Below, in pieces: positions 22,365 through 32,421 of a DNA stretch of 64,000 nucleotides. Origin of the DNA: Caldithrix abyssi DSM 13497 (GTDB lineage Bacteria > Electryoneota > AABM5-125-24 > Hatepunaeales > Hatepunaeaceae). Location of the stretch: assembly GCA_945865405.1 (NCBI GenBank), contig CAMBDS010000003.1:12374-76373 (forward strand), written 5' to 3'. The notes beneath the pieces were generated by a model. That model searched no databases, had not been told where the DNA came from, and saw only the letters and a program-made list of their open reading frames with translations. How positions within the stretch are numbered: position 1 is the stretch's first letter; each line of letters starts with the position of its first letter. Position numbers and translations under genes: made by a program.

Positions 22365-23555
22365 TTACGCGATCACCTTTGTGACGAGTCCAGCACCGAC
22401 GGTACGACCGCCTTCACGAATAGCGAAGCGAACCTGCTCCTCCATCGCGATTGGGGCGATAAGCTCTACCTTGATATCGACGTTGTCACCGGGCATGACC
22501 ATCTCACGACCTTCGGGAAGCTCCACCGATCCGGTCACGTCCGTCGTGCGGAAGTAAAACTGCGGACGGTAGCCCTTGAAGAACGGCGTATGACGACCGC
22601 CCTCTTCCTTCGAAAGGACGTAGATACGACCCTCAAACTTCGTGTGAGGTGTGATCGATCCGGTCGCGGCGATAACCTGACCACGCTCAATCGCTTCCTT
22701 GTCGATACCGCGAAGCAACAAACCACAGTTGTCACCTGCCCGACCTTCGTCAAGCAACTTGCGGAACATCTCGATACCGGTCACGACAGACTTCTTCGTC
22801 GCAACAAATCCGACAAGCTCAACTTCGTCGCCAACCTTGATGATACCGCGCTCGATACGTCCGGTCGCAACTGTTCCGCGACCCGTAATCGAGAAAACAT
22901 CCTCGACCGGCATCAGAAAAGGCTTCTCGGTGGCGCGAACAGGCTCAGGAATAAAGGTGTCGCAGGCGTTCATCAGGTCCATGATGCACTGATTGTACTT
23001 CGGGTCTTCCGGGTAGTTCATCGCGTTTAAGCCTGAACCGCGGATGATCGGAGTCGTGTCACCGGGAAACTGATACTGATTCAGAAGATCGCGCATCTCA
23101 AGCTCGACGAGATCCAAAAGTTCAGGATCATCGACGAGGTCAACCTTGTTCATAAAGATCACAAGATGCGGTACACCGACCTGACGCGCGAGAAGGATAT
23201 GCTCACGAGTCTGCGGCATCGGGCCGTCGTCGGCGGAGACTACCACAATTGCGCCATCCATCTGGGCTGCACCGGTAACCATATTCTTGATATAGTCGGC
23301 ATGCCCCGGACAGTCAACGTGCGCGTAGTGACGATTCTCGGTCGAATACTCGATATGGGCTGTGTTAATCGTTACGCCACGGGCGCGCTCTTCGGGTGCG
23401 TTATCAATAGAGTCGAACGAACGCTCGGCGGAGAGACCTTTCTTGGCCAACACTAACGTGATCGCTGAGGTCAATGTCGTTTTGCCGTGATCTACGTGAC
23501 CGATTGTGCCGATATTGACGTGCGGCTTACTCCGCACAAATTTTTCTTTTGCCAT
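22365..23555 (-). CDS. tufB: Elongation factor Tu (tRNA-linked copy)
   Basis: Protein reads identical to 3403-4593; preceded by Thr-Tyr-Gly-Thr tRNAs. Confidence 0.99.
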   Translation of the reverse strand: MAKEKFVRSKPHVNIGTIGHVDHGKTTLTSAITLVLAKKGLSAERSFDSIDNAPEERARGVTINTAHIEYSTENRHYAHVDCPGHADYIKNMVTGAAQMDGAIVVVSADDGPMPQTREHILLARQVGVPHLVIFMNKVDLVDDPELLDLVELEMRDLLNQYQFPGDTTPIIRGSGLNAMNYPEDPKYNQCIMDLMNACDTFIPEPVRATEKPFLMPVEDVFSITGRGTVATGRIERGIIKVGDEVELVGFVATKKSVVTGIEMFRKLLDEGRAGDNCGLLLRGIDKEAIERGQVIAATGSITPHTKFEGRIYVLSKEEGGRHTPFFKGYRPQFYFRTTDVTGSVELPEGREMVMPGDNVDIKVELIAPIAMEEQVRFAIREGGRTVGAGLVTKVIA

Positions 23556-23622
23556 CGCTTAATCTTCTCCGGGGCGCATGTTCGTTAATGTCCCGCGCTG
23601 TGCGGGTGTTCTAAAATTGGTG

Positions 23623-23695
<73 letters not shown>

Positions 23696-23817
23696 AATAG
23701 AGAGTCGGTCTCCCTCACCTATGTTCTGATTACGAGCGCAAAAAACCTTCCCTCCAGCTTAAATCGTGCAATCGAAGCCGGACGGCGGGCTCTGGTGAAA
23801 TTCATCACCCAATCACG

Positions 23818-23891
23818 AGCGGGAGACGGGATTCGGACCCGCGACCCTCAGCTTGGAAGGCTGATGCTCTAGCCAACTGAGCTACTCCCGC
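23818..23891 (-). tRNA. glyT: tRNA-Gly(TCC)
   Basis: Anticodon arm TCAGC-CT-TCC-AA-GCTGA; T-loop reads TCCGAAT (non-canonical). Confidence 0.93.
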
Positions 23892-23949
23892 TGAAAAACC
23901 AATGCCAGTGGGACTAAAGAGCGTCCCGCGTACTTTTATGGGGTCGGCG

Positions 23950-24032
23950 TGGCGAGAGGTGGTTTCGAACCACCGAAGGCCTAAACCAACAGATTTACAG
24001 TCTGTCCCCTTTGACCGCTCGGGAATCTCGCC
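23950..24032 (-). tRNA. tyrU: tRNA-Tyr(GTA)
   Basis: Anticodon arm ACAGA-CT-GTA-AA-TCTGT; long variable arm. Confidence 0.95.
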
Positions 24033-24067
24033 AGATAATTAGTAACGGCCATCGTAACTTAAGGCAG

Positions 24068-24140
24068 AGCCGGCGATGGGACTCGAACCCGCGACCTGCT
24101 GATTACAAATCAGCTGCTCTACCAGCTGAGCTACGCCGGC
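24068..24140 (-). tRNA. thrU: tRNA-Thr(TGT)
   Basis: Anticodon arm GCTGA-TT-TGT-AA-TCAGC. Confidence 0.96.
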
Positions 24141-24162
24141 GTCACCCGATAATAGACCTATC

Positions 24163-24190
24163 AATATACTACACCAATTTCAGAAGTCAA
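24163..24190 (-). promoter_or_regulatory. Sigma70-type promoter (proximal) for the tRNA-tufB operon
   Basis: TTGACT-16 nt-TATATT; predicted start about 16 nt upstream of thrU. Confidence 0.65.
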
Positions 24191-24510
24191 GAGAGAATCG
24201 TCCGATCTTTCCAATTCGCTACTATCTCGTTGAAGAGCCTCCCTCCCTCGCCAAGGGGGCAGGCATTCATGATCTCTTGGAGGGCGGGTTTCAACCCGCA
24301 CTTCTTTTATGAAGAAAATTTTGATCTGCATTATTTTTAAAGAACTTAGGAAGAGCATTAAAATTTATCTTCACATCTTCACAATCGTCACCGCGCCTAT
24401 TGGACAAGGGTTTCGGGGAATACTTATTTTTTATTATCTTCACCAACTTCACAGGATTGAGTTTTTTGGGGACTGTATTGGGCAACTTGTCGGAGGAATT
24501 GATGGTTGCT

Positions 24511-24539
24511 AATATACGAAATAAAATATCAATTGTCAA
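24511..24539 (-). promoter_or_regulatory. Sigma70-type promoter (distal)
   Basis: TTGACA-17 nt-TATATT. Confidence 0.65.
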
Positions 24540-24713
24540 GTGAATGTGTCGTCAATAGGCGACCAACCTAAAAATAGTCGTGAGTCAAGGGCAATCAAAC
24601 CGGTATTCGGTACGCTAGACTTCAGTCTGTCACCTAAACGTATGGGCGAATTACATAAAAGTCCTTAAGGCAAACATACTACCTTCTTCACCACCCTCGC
24701 GCCTTTCGGCGCT

Positions 24714-24740
24714 GTCATTCCCGCGCAGGCGGGAATCCAG
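24714..24740. repeat. REP-like palindrome (ATTCCCGC-N4-GCGGGAAT class)
   Basis: GTCATTCCCGCGCAGGCGGGAATCCAG; relatives at 27825-27941 and 41968-41987. Confidence 0.8.
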
Positions 24741-24748
24741 ACGAATTG

Positions 24749-26353
24749 TTAACGAAGCAAAACAGCCTTCTTGAGTTGTTGAACACCATTGGATTTGTTC
24801 AAACAACGAATGAAATATATTCCGGCGGGCAGGTTAGAAGTGGATAATTCATGCTTGAATGAGCCGCCTTGGACTGTCTCAAGTGAGTCCTTTGACATGA
24901 GTCTGCCATCGATGTTCAGGATCGATATCGAGTAGTTTCCGGAAACTGGACTCTCGACGGTGAGCGAGAGCGATTGATTGAATGGATTCGGAAAAATTTC
25001 GATAAGAAATGGAGTAATTGGAATGGGATTGTCGGGAACAACAGAATTCACCCAATCTTCACCATGGGAGAAGATGAAAACTGGGCCATTCTTACCAACA
25101 AAATCTTTAACGTGGTCGCCATTATAGTCTCCAATAGCTCCTATGTTGTGAGGAGTAATGAATCTACCAAAACTCTCCATCACATCAATGGTTAACGAAG
25201 CGTCTGGGCTCATTTGCCGACTGCCAAAATAAAATTGTATCTCGCCGCCTTCACCAACCGTGGTGTGAGTCGTCATAATATCTCCGAGTCCGTCTCCATT
25301 AAAATCACTACCACCTATTTGCCCCTCGGTATCGTTGCTATGATTATCATCCAGATCGAGATCGGGTTCGAAATCGGGATTCTCACTCCCGAAGAAGACG
25401 TAGAAACCTGATTCATCCCAACCTTGCCGCCCTTCTGCCCACTGAATTGCCCAATCGTCATAGCCATCACCGTTGATATCGGGAAGGACAGCGAATTTTT
25501 CGTAGCTAACGTCTCGCGGAGCTATCGATTCATTAAACTCATTCAGCGACCACGAATAGGCCGCTACCGTATCCATCGGATCACCCCCATAGTATAGGTC
25601 GATCCTATGGCGAGAGCCGGGCTCTTCGACAACTACAAAGAAATCTTTATAGTCATCAGAATTGAAATTGCCTTTGTAGAATGGTCCAATAGGTGAATAT
25701 CTCTCGTCTCCATGAACCACGAACACAGACCAGTCGGCTACCGTGTCGAACTCTGCACCACCCATAAACATCTTTAAATAGAAGTACTGATCGCCCGCAT
25801 GGTACCAAGTTAGCCAATCATCGTAACCATCATTATTAAAATCAGCAGGAGAAGTAGTGAGGGTTGTGCCATAAAGGTATCCCGTTGCTAGCCTGCTGGA
25901 CATCACAAGGTCCGGAATGGAATCAAGCTCGCGACCGCCTTTGTAAAAAAGATCACGGATTGCATGCGGCTGATTGTTTGTAGCATAAGAGGATTGTATT
26001 AGAATCCACTTATCACTTCCACCACCGAGGTTTCCGAGATATGCGATCTGAAACCCAAATCCACCAGGCTCAAAAGGCCGAAAGGTGAAGTCAGGTGCGT
26101 TGTCCATTCGCTCGCCACCAAAGTAGAGATAGACCCGGTTGACATGACCCTCAAAATAGGCTGGATCATGTCCGACTAATAGCTCATCGAATCCGTCCCC
26201 GTTCTGGTCTCCGACCCAGCAGTACTGCTCACCGAACAGTTCGGGTGGTTCGCCACGGAGTTCACCGATGATCCTCGGTGGATCGAAGGCCCACGCCGAC
26301 CCCGTCGTCAGCAGCAGTGCCATTAGCATTAGCGCCAACATTAGCATTTTCAT
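24749..26353 (-). CDS. Secreted FG-GAP/integrin-like repeat protein with T9SS-type C-terminal sorting domain
   Basis: Signal peptide; repeated D.NGDG.DD Ca-binding motifs; IFPNPFNQ...GIYFI C-terminal domain. Confidence 0.85.
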   Translation of the reverse strand: MKMLMLALMLMALLLTTGSAWAFDPPRIIGELRGEPPELFGEQYCWVGDQNGDGFDELLVGHDPAYFEGHVNRVYLYFGGERMDNAPDFTFRPFEPGGFGFQIAYLGNLGGGSDKWILIQSSYATNNQPHAIRDLFYKGGRELDSIPDLVMSSRLATGYLYGTTLTTSPADFNNDGYDDWLTWYHAGDQYFYLKMFMGGAEFDTVADWSVFVVHGDERYSPIGPFYKGNFNSDDYKDFFVVVEEPGSRHRIDLYYGGDPMDTVAAYSWSLNEFNESIAPRDVSYEKFAVLPDINGDGYDDWAIQWAEGRQGWDESGFYVFFGSENPDFEPDLDLDDNHSNDTEGQIGGSDFNGDGLGDIMTTHTTVGEGGEIQFYFGSRQMSPDASLTIDVMESFGRFITPHNIGAIGDYNGDHVKDFVGKNGPVFIFSHGEDWVNSVVPDNPIPITPFLIEIFPNPFNQSLSLTVESPVSGNYSISILNIDGRLMSKDSLETVQGGSFKHELSTSNLPAGIYFIRCLNKSNGVQQLKKAVLLR

Positions 26354-26354
26354 C

Positions 26355-27785
26355 TCACTTCCCCACCCACCCGCTCCCGCTACTCGCCCCTGTTGACCAC
26401 GTCACATCGACGCCAAGCTTTCCATCCTTGATCTGGTAGCCATTCGCAGCAAGCTCTGCCCTGATCGCATCGGCACGCGAGAAGTCCCTGCCTTCTTTAG
26501 CACGGGTTCGCTCGCGGACAAGTTCGATTATTTCAGTTGGCAGGTCATCCCAGAACAGGAACCCCAAAGCCTTGTCGAACTGCCGCCAGACCGCCAGTAC
26601 AGCCTCCCCCTCCGCCAGATTAAAGGCAACCGCCGTCGCCAACCGGTTCCCCGCGCTGACAAGCTCAAACAAAGCCGCCAGTGCCGCCGAGATGTTGAGG
26701 TCGTTCTCCAGACCCTCTTTGAACGAAACGCTCCATTTTCCGATCTGTTCTGTCAGTTCGGGACGCACCGAGCCGTCCCCCAAACTCTTCTCCGCCGCAA
26801 GTCTCAGCGTATCAAGCCTCTCCAACGATGCCTGTGCCGCACCAAAAGACTCGTTGGAGAAATTGACCCCCATCTTGTAATGCGTCCCGATCAGCACATA
26901 CCGGATCGCCCGCGCCGAATAGCCTTTATCGATCAACTCCCTGAGTGTGAAGAAATTCCCCAGCGACTTCGACATCTTCTCGCCCTCGACCTGCAAGTGC
27001 GCGCTGTGCAGCCAATACCTGACGAACTCCTTGCCGGTCGCCGCGCAAGACTGCGCGATCTCGTTCTCGTGATGCGGAAAGATGTTATCGACGCCGCCAG
27101 TATGGATGTCGAACGTCTCACCCAAATATTTCATTGACATTGCCGAGCACTCGATATGCCAGCCGGGCCTTCCCCTGCCCCATGGTGAGTCCCACCCTAC
27201 CTCTCCGTCGTCCTCCGTCCAGCCTTTCCAGAGCGCAAAATCACGGAACGACTCCTTCTCCTCATACTCATCGGCGTCGATCCGAACACCTCGCTCCAAC
27301 TTTTCGAGATTCATCCCTGAAAGCTTCCCGTACTCCGCAAATTTCTCAATACTGAAATAGATATTATTCTCGGCTGGGTAAGCGATCCCCTTCTCTATCA
27401 AAGTCTTAATAATATCAATCATTTCAGAGATATGCTTCGTCGCGTGGGGATAGACCTCCACCCGCTCAATTTTCAGCGTATCGAGGTCGTTGAAAAAACG
27501 TTCGACAATCGGAGCCGTCACCTGCTCAAGCGATATCCCTCCCGTCTTAGCCGCTCGAATCGTCTTGTCGTCGATATCGGTAATGTTCATCACCTGCGTC
27601 ACTTCGTAGCCGAGATATTTCAGCGTCCGCCGCAGCAAATCCTCAAACATATAGGTACGGAAGTTCCCGATATGAGCATCGTTATAGACCGTCGGCCCGC
27701 AGGTGTAAAGCTTCACCTTGCCCGGTTCAAGCGGTTCGAACGCCACCTTCTTGCGGCGTCGTGTGTCATAAAATTGGAGAGGCAT
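26355..27785 (-). CDS. cysS: Cysteine--tRNA ligase
   Basis: YTCGPTVY, HIGN, GWHIECSAM, KMSKS motifs. Confidence 0.98.
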   Translation of the reverse strand: MPLQFYDTRRRKKVAFEPLEPGKVKLYTCGPTVYNDAHIGNFRTYMFEDLLRRTLKYLGYEVTQVMNITDIDDKTIRAAKTGGISLEQVTAPIVERFFNDLDTLKIERVEVYPHATKHISEMIDIIKTLIEKGIAYPAENNIYFSIEKFAEYGKLSGMNLEKLERGVRIDADEYEEKESFRDFALWKGWTEDDGEVGWDSPWGRGRPGWHIECSAMSMKYLGETFDIHTGGVDNIFPHHENEIAQSCAATGKEFVRYWLHSAHLQVEGEKMSKSLGNFFTLRELIDKGYSARAIRYVLIGTHYKMGVNFSNESFGAAQASLERLDTLRLAAEKSLGDGSVRPELTEQIGKWSVSFKEGLENDLNISAALAALFELVSAGNRLATAVAFNLAEGEAVLAVWRQFDKALGFLFWDDLPTEIIELVRERTRAKEGRDFSRADAIRAELAANGYQIKDGKLGVDVTWSTGASSGSGWVGK

Positions 27786-27824
27786 AATTCTGAGTAAGTT
27801 TTAACGGAAGGAAGCACATTTGTA

Positions 27825-27941
27825 GTTTTCCATCCCCGCGAAAGCGGGGATCCAGTTTGAAATTTTGGATCGGAAAATCAGAATCTGGATTGACTGCGCA
27901 AGCTTGTCCCGTTCCGGTCCCGCTTTCGCGGGGATGGAAAA
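27825..27941. repeat. Inverted REP doublet (REPIN-like)
   Basis: GTTTTCCATCCCCGCGAAAGCGGGGA at 27825 and a near-exact reverse complement at 27918-27941. Confidence 0.75.
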
Positions 27942-28040
27942 CTGAAGCTGGTGAAAAACCTGAGTTGAGTATCCATCTACAAAAAAAAGTAAGAGCGGAC
28001 ACCCTGTCCGCTCAAGACCGTTTCAGGCTTTGGCAGACCC

Positions 28041-28676
28041 CTACAATGCCGAAACCGATCCCGTCGCCTGAGCGGCAAACTCTTTATTGATCTGTGTCGC
28101 CCGCCGGTAGTAATTTCCTACCGTGATTATCGCAAACGGTATCAAAAAGTAGGCAATCCAAATCGACTCTTCGATGCGAACCGTCATCCCGATCACCATC
28201 AAGCCCAGCGTCACCATATAGCTCTTCCCATAAGGATCCGACGAGAGTACCACTCCAGTACGTCGCAATACTCTCCCGTTCAGTACAAGTATTCCTACAT
28301 CACGCAATAAAATTACCGTCGCGATCCAGATCGGCAAATCCCTGTGCAAGACAAGCAAAAAAAGCATCGACACCGTCCAGAGCTTGTCCGCCAGTGGGTC
28401 CATGATCAGCCCCAATGCTGATTTCATGTTGAGTCGCCGCGCCGCTTCCCCATCGGCAAAGTCAGATATGTAAGAGAGCGCCAGTAACCCCACGGCCCAG
28501 TAGAAAGCCAACTGTGATGGTTTGGTGTAAAGGATCGCTATCGGGATAATTAACAGTATCCTGATTAACGATATAATGTTGGGTAAAAGGGTAATTTCTG
28601 AGAGAACTTTCCGTCGGTCGAGGTAAAACTGAGTCTTCGTTCTCACCAACGGCGACCTATCCTGGCTGATCTCCAT
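28041..28676 (-). CDS. CDP-alcohol phosphatidyltransferase (PgsA-like)
   Basis: PNIISLIR and DFADGEAARRLNMKSALGLIMDPLADK signature. Confidence 0.93.
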   Translation of the reverse strand: MEISQDRSPLVRTKTQFYLDRRKVLSEITLLPNIISLIRILLIIPIAILYTKPSQLAFYWAVGLLALSYISDFADGEAARRLNMKSALGLIMDPLADKLWTVSMLFLLVLHRDLPIWIATVILLRDVGILVLNGRVLRRTGVVLSSDPYGKSYMVTLGLMVIGMTVRIEESIWIAYFLIPFAIITVGNYYRRATQINKEFAAQATGSVSAL

Positions 28677-29852
28677 TTAAACGAATGCCCGGATTATGTC
28701 AAGTAGCAATGAAGGCTGGTTCATCAACCCAATCAGGAAAGCCCTTTTCAATGTCCTATCTTCCGGTGGCAACGCCAGCAACTCATCGGCCGTCCGGTTC
28801 AGCATGTCGTCGGTCAGATTGGCGACACCATCCTTAAGTCGGTAGGCGCGATTATTCGGCTTCCCGACATCCTCCTGAAGCCGATCAACATAAATCGAAA
28901 GTGCTTTGGCAGAAGTTTCGCCGCTTTTCGCCGCTTCAGCTGCAGTTAGCCCCGCTTGATACCCGGCAAACATACCGGTCGCGATGCCTCCGCCAGTCAA
29001 CGGATTGCAATGTCTGGCAGCGTCACCCGCAAGCATTATCCCGTTTGCATAAGGCACCTTAATCGGCTTGGAAACAGGTACACCACCAGCCATCTCCCCA
29101 ACTATTGCCGCGTTGGGATAATGGTCGTCGATGAAACTCTTTAACTTCCGATATGCTGTCCCTGCCTCGTTATCCCTGACACAAACTCCAATCCCCACCG
29201 AGGCTACCGTCGGACTCTTCGGGAAAACCCAGACATACCCGCCAAGCGCCACGTCCTGCCCGAAGTAAAAGTGGCAGTATCGGTCATCGTAGTCAAGCCC
29301 CGCCAGATAGAACTGGTAGGCGCTTTCAAGGTCTGCCGCCCGGATATTTGTGTATATCCCCGCCCAACGCCCCACCCGCGAATCGACACCGTCGGCAGCA
29401 ATGACAACCTTGCAGTCAGCCTGTTGACGCTTCCCAAGTCGTTGATAAATTACCCCCTTCACCATCGACTCTTCGATAACTAACCCTGTCACGTCGCTCC
29501 GCGAGATCACCGTCACTCCCGCCTCAGCCGCAGTTTCAGCGAGATACCGGTCAAAGATGCACCGCTCAAGGATAATCCCGGTCGTATCCGGCGACACAAT
29601 CGGCACTCCGCTGCCATTAGGCGCATAGAGCACCGCTCCGGCGACCTCAGCCGCTACCCACCGCGGATCGATGGTAACAAATCTTTTTAGATTCCGAGCC
29701 GCAATCGCTTCACCGCAACGTACCGGCGTCCCGATTACAGCGTCCCTCTCCAGCAACAACGTCCGGGCCCCATTCTGCGCCGCCGTCCGCGCTGCAATTG
29801 ACCCCGCAGGCCCTGCCCCGACAACTATGACGTCATAGTTATCTGCCAGCAC
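28677..29852 (-). CDS. Geranylgeranyl reductase family, archaeal DGGR-like
   Basis: GAGPAG, PVRCGE, ADG.DS, GYVWVFPK, GDAA...NPLTGGGI motifs. Confidence 0.9.
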   Translation of the reverse strand: MLADNYDVIVVGAGPAGSIAARTAAQNGARTLLLERDAVIGTPVRCGEAIAARNLKRFVTIDPRWVAAEVAGAVLYAPNGSGVPIVSPDTTGIILERCIFDRYLAETAAEAGVTVISRSDVTGLVIEESMVKGVIYQRLGKRQQADCKVVIAADGVDSRVGRWAGIYTNIRAADLESAYQFYLAGLDYDDRYCHFYFGQDVALGGYVWVFPKSPTVASVGIGVCVRDNEAGTAYRKLKSFIDDHYPNAAIVGEMAGGVPVSKPIKVPYANGIMLAGDAARHCNPLTGGGIATGMFAGYQAGLTAAEAAKSGETSAKALSIYVDRLQEDVGKPNNRAYRLKDGVANLTDDMLNRTADELLALPPEDRTLKRAFLIGLMNQPSLLLDIIRAFV

Positions 29853-30114
29853 TGGCCGTACCGTTCTGTTTCAACAAATCAGCGAAACTTGCAACCCCTG
29901 TCTCATTCCACGAGAGCGCCTCAACAGGACAGGCCGGGATACAAAATCCGCACTTGATGCAATCGGGCCCAACAATGCCCAGAGTATATTCGTCCAGCGT
30001 GATGCAGTCTGCCGGACAGATACCGACGCAAGCCCCACACTGGTCGCAAAGTCGCGGATTGACCAGAATAGGAGTTTCCGCCGTGATATCGAGTCTGGCT
30101 TTTATTTTGCTCAT
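29839..30114 (-). CDS. 2x[4Fe-4S] ferredoxin
   Basis: Two CxxCxxCxxxCP motifs (CDQCGACVGICP, CIKCGFCIPACP). Confidence 0.93.
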   Translation of the reverse strand: MSKIKARLDITAETPILVNPRLCDQCGACVGICPADCITLDEYTLGIVGPDCIKCGFCIPACPVEALSWNETGVASFADLLKQNGTASAGR

Positions 30115-30230
30115 TTATTGGTATTAAATTGATTGGATGGCGTCACAAAGCGATGGGACGCTCGTTCAACTTCCCGCTGCCGACACGCTTAGGTTGGCAA
30201 CACTTTCCCACTTTCCCACTCCCCCCTCTC

Positions 30231-31418
30231 CTACCCAAAATCAGTCAACAACGACCTGAACGCATTCAAGAAGACCCCCGGATGGTTCTTCAAAATCTTA
30301 TATAGTATTGTCCCAAACGTCCGGTCTTCCGGCTTTATCAGATTAATCTCTTTCGCCGCATTGTTGAGCGACTGATCCGTCAACCCTCCCAACGACCGCC
30401 TGATATTGTGAGCAATCTTATGCGGAACGATCACCTTCTTTTCGATCTTTTCAACGTACTTCAACAGCCGCTTCGCCGAAAGGTCTCCTTCGCCAATCGC
30501 CTGCACTGCCGTCTGACCAGCATGAAATCCTCCGGTCATACCCGAAAGTATCCCCGCTCCGGTGATAGGATTGCAATGTCTTGCCGCATCCCCCACCAGC
30601 ATCAATCCGTCCTTGGTCGGCTTCTTCAACGGTGGCGCACCGGGCACTCCCCCCGCCATCTCCCCCACTATCGAGCACTTTGGGAATCTTCGTTTAAGAA
30701 AAGTCTCAAGCCGCTCGTAGGCTGACCCCATTTCGGTCTCAATAGCCGGAAACCCAATCCCTACCAGCACCGTAGTTCGACTCTTGGGAAAAAGCCAGAT
30801 AAACCCGCTCGGCCCAATGTACGACCCGACATAAATCTCGGCGCTCGTCGGATCAAAATCGACTCCTGCCACAATAAACTGATACGTTGGTGCCAGATCT
30901 TTCAGAGTCATCTGTGTGTTGATCCCGGCAAACCGTCCGATCCGTGAGTCAACCCCGTCCGCCCCGATCACCACCGACGCTTCTACCTCAGTCCTCACTC
31001 CAAACCGCGAATAGCTAACCCCGGTGATTCGGTCGCCATGCTTCAGCACTCCATTCACATCGGCGCGAGTGATTATCTCACTTCCCGCATCGGCTGCAAG
31101 TTCCGACAGAAATCTATCAAACAGGCTCCGTTCCAAAATCACTTCAGGATTGTCCTTGCCGACAATCTCGACCTGCTCACCCGACGGTACGACAATGTAG
31201 CCATGATCGACAATTGTCGCCACCCAACGTTCCTGAATCGGGATGAACTCTTTGAGCACGTTCAGTGATGTCGCTTCCCCACACCGTACCGGCGTCCCGA
31301 TAACAGGATCGCGCTCAAGCAAAAGAGTCTTCGCCCCTGCCTTGGCCGCTTCACGCGCGGCCATCGATCCGGCTGGTCCCGCCCCAACAACAACTACATC
31401 GTAGCGGTCATTTTTCAT
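30231..31418 (-). CDS. Geranylgeranyl reductase family, DGGR-like paralogue
   Basis: GAGPAG, PVRCGE, GFIWLFPK, GDAARHCNPITGAG motifs. Confidence 0.9.
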   Translation of the reverse strand: MKNDRYDVVVVGAGPAGSMAAREAAKAGAKTLLLERDPVIGTPVRCGEATSLNVLKEFIPIQERWVATIVDHGYIVVPSGEQVEIVGKDNPEVILERSLFDRFLSELAADAGSEIITRADVNGVLKHGDRITGVSYSRFGVRTEVEASVVIGADGVDSRIGRFAGINTQMTLKDLAPTYQFIVAGVDFDPTSAEIYVGSYIGPSGFIWLFPKSRTTVLVGIGFPAIETEMGSAYERLETFLKRRFPKCSIVGEMAGGVPGAPPLKKPTKDGLMLVGDAARHCNPITGAGILSGMTGGFHAGQTAVQAIGEGDLSAKRLLKYVEKIEKKVIVPHKIAHNIRRSLGGLTDQSLNNAAKEINLIKPEDRTFGTILYKILKNHPGVFLNAFRSLLTDFG

Positions 31419-32421
31419 GAACGGAGTTCATTCGCGTCACAGCAGCACCATTGGCGTATTCGGCACGAAAATTGGGGTAATCAAGGCCAAAGCGGTTCCA
31501 ATGGTACCATCTCGCTATCGGTAGGTAAACCACCATCGCCACCAGGAAGTAGGGATAACCTATAGCGATACCCATTGCCAATAAAAAGATCGCCGCCTTA
31601 TTTCCGGCGACCGACAGCCGGTAATCCCGCCTCTTCAAAGCTAAAGCAATCAGTATGGTACATGCCACTGCCGGCACAACTACCACCCAATCGCGAACGA
31701 ATATCCCAATCAGCCCCGCAACAAATACCATCACCCCGGCGAAAAGTGCCGTATTACGCTCGCCAAATGCAACGGCAAAGCTTCGTTTCCCCGTCTCCCG
31801 GTCACCCTCAAGGTCGGGTATCGACGTAAGCAGACACCCCGCCGAAAACGCCAGGATATACGGAAGCTCTCGCAACAGGCCAATATCCCTGCCTGCGATC
31901 AATTCCCCCAGTTGCAACAATAGCCAACCGCCAATAGCCCCGGAAAGCACGCCTCCGACCGGAGTTCGCTCAAGTGCCAGTGGTGTATAGTTGTAGAGTA
32001 TCCCCGCAACCGCAAATGTTGCGATCATCCAGTACCCAAGATGACCAAATCCGGAATAAATCAATGCGGCTGGAGCGATAATCCCAAGCAATATCCCGAC
32101 CACATGTTGAGTCTTTCGGCTGACGAGATCGTTGGCAATCAGCATCGATTTCCCGTTCCGTCGGTCTCCTTCACGGTCGCGCATCTGATTCAACAGATAG
32201 ACGAGCCCAAACAGCGCCGACATCGAAATAGTGACAATCAACCAGCGTGTCGCACCAATCTCATCATGATCTTTCACCAGTCCATGCCCGGCAAGTAACA
32301 TCGTCCAAAGTGGAAAGATCAATGTCGGCCTGAGCAAGAAAAACCAGTCGAGTAGTCTGGCGATGCTTTCGTGCTTCTGTTTTTCAGCAGCCAAGCTTGA
32401 TCGTTCCTTCGTCTTCATCAT
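31408..32421 (-). CDS. UbiA-family prenyltransferase
   Basis: NQMRDREGDRRN and PDLEGD Asp-rich motifs; about 8 TM; start uncertain (ATG 32421 or TTG 32394). Confidence 0.85.
   Translation of the reverse strand: MMKTKERSSLAAEKQKHESIARLLDWFFLLRPTLIFPLWTMLLAGHGLVKDHDEIGATRWLIVTISMSALFGLVYLLNQMRDREGDRRNGKSMLIANDLVSRKTQHVVGILLGIIAPAALIYSGFGHLGYWMIATFAVAGILYNYTPLALERTPVGGVLSGAIGGWLLLQLGELIAGRDIGLLRELPYILAFSAGCLLTSIPDLEGDRETGKRSFAVAFGERNTALFAGVMVFVAGLIGIFVRDWVVVVPAVACTILIALALKRRDYRLSVAGNKAAIFLLAMGIAIGYPYFLVAMVVYLPIARWYHWNRFGLDYPNFRAEYANGAAVTRMNSVHEK

Noticed and set aside
24291-24539. 82-aa and 67-aa ORFs upstream of the tRNA cluster
   Set aside because: AT-rich promoter region; the TTG start is the -35 hexamer itself.
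27766-28002. 78-aa ORF containing LDPRFRGDG
   Set aside because: Translation of the REP doublet in an intergenic spacer; no RBS or domain.
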